A stretch of DNA of 63,716 nucleotides, the filler included, from Licmophora abbreviata (lineage: Eukaryota): NCBI GenBank assembly GCA_900291995.1. It is 9 parts of 9 records of this genome, joined end to end, with 100 filler letters (N's around TTAATTAATTAA, not from the genome) between each part and the next. Parts side by side here need not be neighbours in the genome. Positions count along the whole stretch, not along the records: positions 60,671 to 63,716 come from OLMU01001689.1; 8 more parts are not named here. One strand, 5' to 3'. Shown here in pieces: positions 60,671 through 63,716 of this stretch; position 1 is the stretch's first letter, and every line of letters starts with the position of its first letter. The notes under the pieces are model-generated. The model had not been told where the DNA came from and did no database searches. It worked only from the letters and a program-made list of their open reading frames with translations. Position numbers and translations under genes: made by a program.

Positions 60671-61022
60671 CTTCCGTATCGTTTGCTGTTTTGTAACCCA
60701 ACGGAGAATGAATCAAATCTATTGAGTCCCATATGACGTCATGTGTCGGGACACAGATTGTGTGCGGCTTGATGCCGCCCGACAAACAAAAAGTCGACGC
60801 TTGGCACTTTCAGATTTGAGGTCGCGACGACGCCGATCGCGACTCGTTTCATGTGTCAGGAGCAGGTATAGCAATCGGACGCAAGCCCATTCAATATAAT
60901 CTTTGGCCCTGCCTTCCAAAGCTTTTTTGGGAAACGTCGAAGATCTAGAGATTCGGGACTATTTTGACGAGGAAATCATGCCCCGAACACGAGGTGATGG
61001 CGACGCGCCGACAAAGTTCGTC

Positions 61023-62172
61023 ATGCGACTGAAGGTGTCAAGGTTCTCTGTATTGCTCCTATTTTTGTTGCCTTCCACCGTATTTTGCTCGTCTCATGCC
61101 TCCTGGGGAAGTCGAGTGACAGCCAGGCGGCGAGGCGTAGTCCGAGGAAACGCCAGACGGGCTAGCCACGTCCTGCCCGTGTCATACCGGTCGCAGGGTC
61201 TCAATTTCGACCAACGCGTCGACACCGAGGAAGTTCCTTGGCACCGAGATAAACGGTACCGACGTTGGAAAGTTGATTTTACACCTCAGTCGCCAGGAAG
61301 GTATTCGCTGACTTCCCAGTTGGTCATTGCAAATGTACTTGTTTACGCCCTGCAAGTGTTCTTTCCGTCCATCACCAATATGGGAATTAAGCTCTCCGAC
61401 CGCGTTCTTGCGGGGGAGGAGTTGTATCGGCTAGTGACCCCCATGTTCCTGCATGGTGGACTGACGCATCTGTTGACCAATACATACTCGCTGCAAGCAG
61501 TAGGCCACGATGTGGAGCGGTATTTTGGGGGTGGTCGGTTCTTGGCAACTTATCTTGTTTCGGGCGTCGCTGCGAACCTTGTCAGTGCAATCAAGACACC
61601 CAACCCGTCATTGGGAGCAAGCGGGGCCGTGTTTGGGATTGTGGGGTCCTATCTGGTTTTTCTCAATCGTAATGCGGTAAGAGCACGTTGAAAAGAGCAA
61701 TGTATTTGAGATTATGCCTGTATCTGAACTCATGAACATGCGCCATGCCTACTTTAAACATATTTAGGATATCTTCGGAAAGCGCGGTGAATATATGCAA
61801 GGTGCTGTCTCACGAACCATCATGATGAATCTTATTCTTGGTGCGATGAGTCCCATGGTTGACAATTGGAGTCATGTGGGTGGTGCGGTGGCAGGTGGTG
61901 TCATGGCGTTCTATTTTGGGCCTCGACTCTTTGTCGGTGAGTTACCAAGTGGTGACCGAACCATTGTCGACAGACCCATCTTGCGATTGCCGAGGAGCCT
62001 TGAGGCAATCCCAGAAAAGATCGGAACGCGGCTTCATGACATGAAGACGAGACTGACTATCGAGACATTTAAGTCTGAAAGGCCCAACAACAGACCCTGG
62101 AGAAAAACTCGCAGTATGGACTATCGTCGCCGACGTTCAACTCCCGACAAGTCTGTTCGCCCACGTTTCTAA
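61023..62172 (+). CDS. Rhomboid intramembrane serine protease; intron 61677-61767
   Basis: ELYRLVTPMFLHGGLTHLLTN, GASGAVFG (catalytic Ser), DNWSHVGG (catalytic His). Confidence 0.92.
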
Positions 62173-62298
62173 AAGAACAGACACTTTTGATCACTGTCGT
62201 TGAACACCGCGAGTGCGGATTTCGTTTATGATAGCTAGATTTCTACAAGTTTATTTTACTGAGTGCATCGCCTATCAAACAAACTCTGACATGGTCAC

Positions 62299-63716
62299 TC
62301 AGTGTCTATCAAACTCTGACATCGAAAAGGTTGGGGCTTGCTTTCCCGTTATCCCCTCGTATGCTAGTCGTCGCAGAGGATCTAAGTATGGATCATTCTC
62401 TCTTGCTCGCAACACATCGTCGAAACCTTTGTTTAGCTCATTTTGAACGTCACCGTAAAACTTCTCGCAGCCTTGAATGTCTTTATGATCAAGTTTGGCT
62501 GTGCTCATGGGCTTTCCAAAGACAAAGTAGTGACGCGCTGGTTTCGAAGGCACAACAAAGGGCGGCGTAAAGAGCTCTTGTTCGTCCTCGACATTGAAGC
62601 GTGCAGATGTGACGTTTGCTGAGGACTGTATCACACGCTCGCCAAGCCCAAACGGAAGTTTCGCCAAGTCGGGAGCGTCGACCAAAACGTTCAAACTGTC
62701 AGCGGCACCAACGGCACTGATGGGGATCACAGTCGCATCAAATCGAGCCGCCGTTCGGACAAAGTCTGTCCGATTGGGCCAAAAGAGCTGATATGCTTCA
62801 TCTTTTCCATGAAAGACTTCACGCACGCCACCCGGAAAAAGAAGCGCATTCTGGCCAGTCTGAAGCAGACGATAATAGTTTCTCGGTGTTACCATGACAG
62901 CTCCGAACTGCCGATACAGCTGGCTGTCGAAAGGTGAAGTGCCGCCCTCCTCAGTTCCTTGAATGCCGGGTGTTGACTTCCCGAACGATCGCGGTTGGTC
63001 GTGTGCCTCGCTAGATTGGAAGAGAACGGGATGGGCCAGCCCACGTGCGACAATGCCTCGCTCCGTGAGAAGTTCGGCCACGATCATTCCAAGATCAAGA
63101 CCAACTGGGTATGAAGTAGGAGGGGAAAATAGAGACGATGAGTACATGGAAAGCAAACTCTGGAAAATGAATTCTATGCACTATTGTGTACTCACGTAAT
63201 TGGTGGTTTGCAACAAATACAAGCGGTCCCTTGGACGGAACCTTTGACAGCCCTTTCCAGCGCTTGCCATTCTCATCGGTACTGAAGAACGCAGGGCTCG
63301 CAAAGCGTCGAATTGGGTCTACACACGTTTCGATAGCATGCTCAATCTCTCTCTGCGACGGTAATGTCCAGTCCGTAATGGGGTCGTACTTGACGCCTTG
63401 TCGTGCGCTCCAATATAGTGGATCAATGTCTGAATATAGAATTGCTTCCGTAAGATTGACTCGATCGTCCAAGACGAAGTGCCCTGATCCTTTGACCAGC
63501 AATTTCTTGCATGACGGAATCTCACGCTCGAGGCGTTCAGCCTCTTTCTTGGATGGTAGAAACGCGTCGTCTTCGCCTGCCACAACGAGCGTGGGAATGT
63601 CCAAGGAGGCAAGGCGTAGATTCACTACATCGCTTGCCACGGGCAGCCACTGCTCGATACGATGCTGCACCGCTTCTGCCGGCAGTCGTTTCTCCAATAT
63701 TTCGAAACCTTTGATT
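62299..63716 (-). CDS. Esterase/lipase-acyltransferase (phytyl ester synthase/ELT-like), 5' part outside window; intron 63105-63195
   Basis: Hydrolase tail PTLVVAGEDDAFLPS..GSGH; acyltransferase motifs FVANHQL|LGLD, RGLAHP, LLFPGGVRE, ARHYFVFGKP. Confidence 0.88.

Overview
Gene-dense (~33 genes, ~50% GC) eukaryotic nuclear DNA with short (~75-110 bp) GT-AG introns and many bipartite signal+transit presequences (ASAFAP-like). This points to a diatom/photosynthetic stramenopile; species not determinable. The window is a scaffold of nine contigs joined by eight identical 100-nt artificial spacers (N44-TTAATTAATTAA-N44). Recognisable genes: RNase H2A, AP-3 mu, an inward-rectifier-type K+ channel, FkbM methyltransferase, an alpha/beta hydrolase, DHX35-like helicase, SRPBCC protein, FTO demethylase, INTS7, a 2OG-Fe(II) oxygenase, PsbQ-like lumen protein, Upf1/Sen1-like helicase, DOT1-like methyltransferase, sulfotransferase, YceD/DUF177, SPT16, TEX10/Ipi1, MED7, hemB, HA-repeat protein, GNAT, AzgA permease, DnaJ, LAS1, rhomboid and a PES/ELT acyltransferase. 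Top findings: (1) FTO apparently fused to a C-terminal ASCH (PUA-like) domain, hidden by two 1-nt indels; (2) a divergent M1AP (meiosis 1 arrest protein)-like gene; (3) a plastid-targeted Pro/Ala-rich protein with repeated PAW and YLxAL stickers, a candidate pyrenoid/condensate linker; (4) at least five single-base frameshifts in otherwise intact genes. No rRNA, tRNA, CRISPR or mobile element was supportable. All family assignments come from motif recognition by eye, not from database searches.
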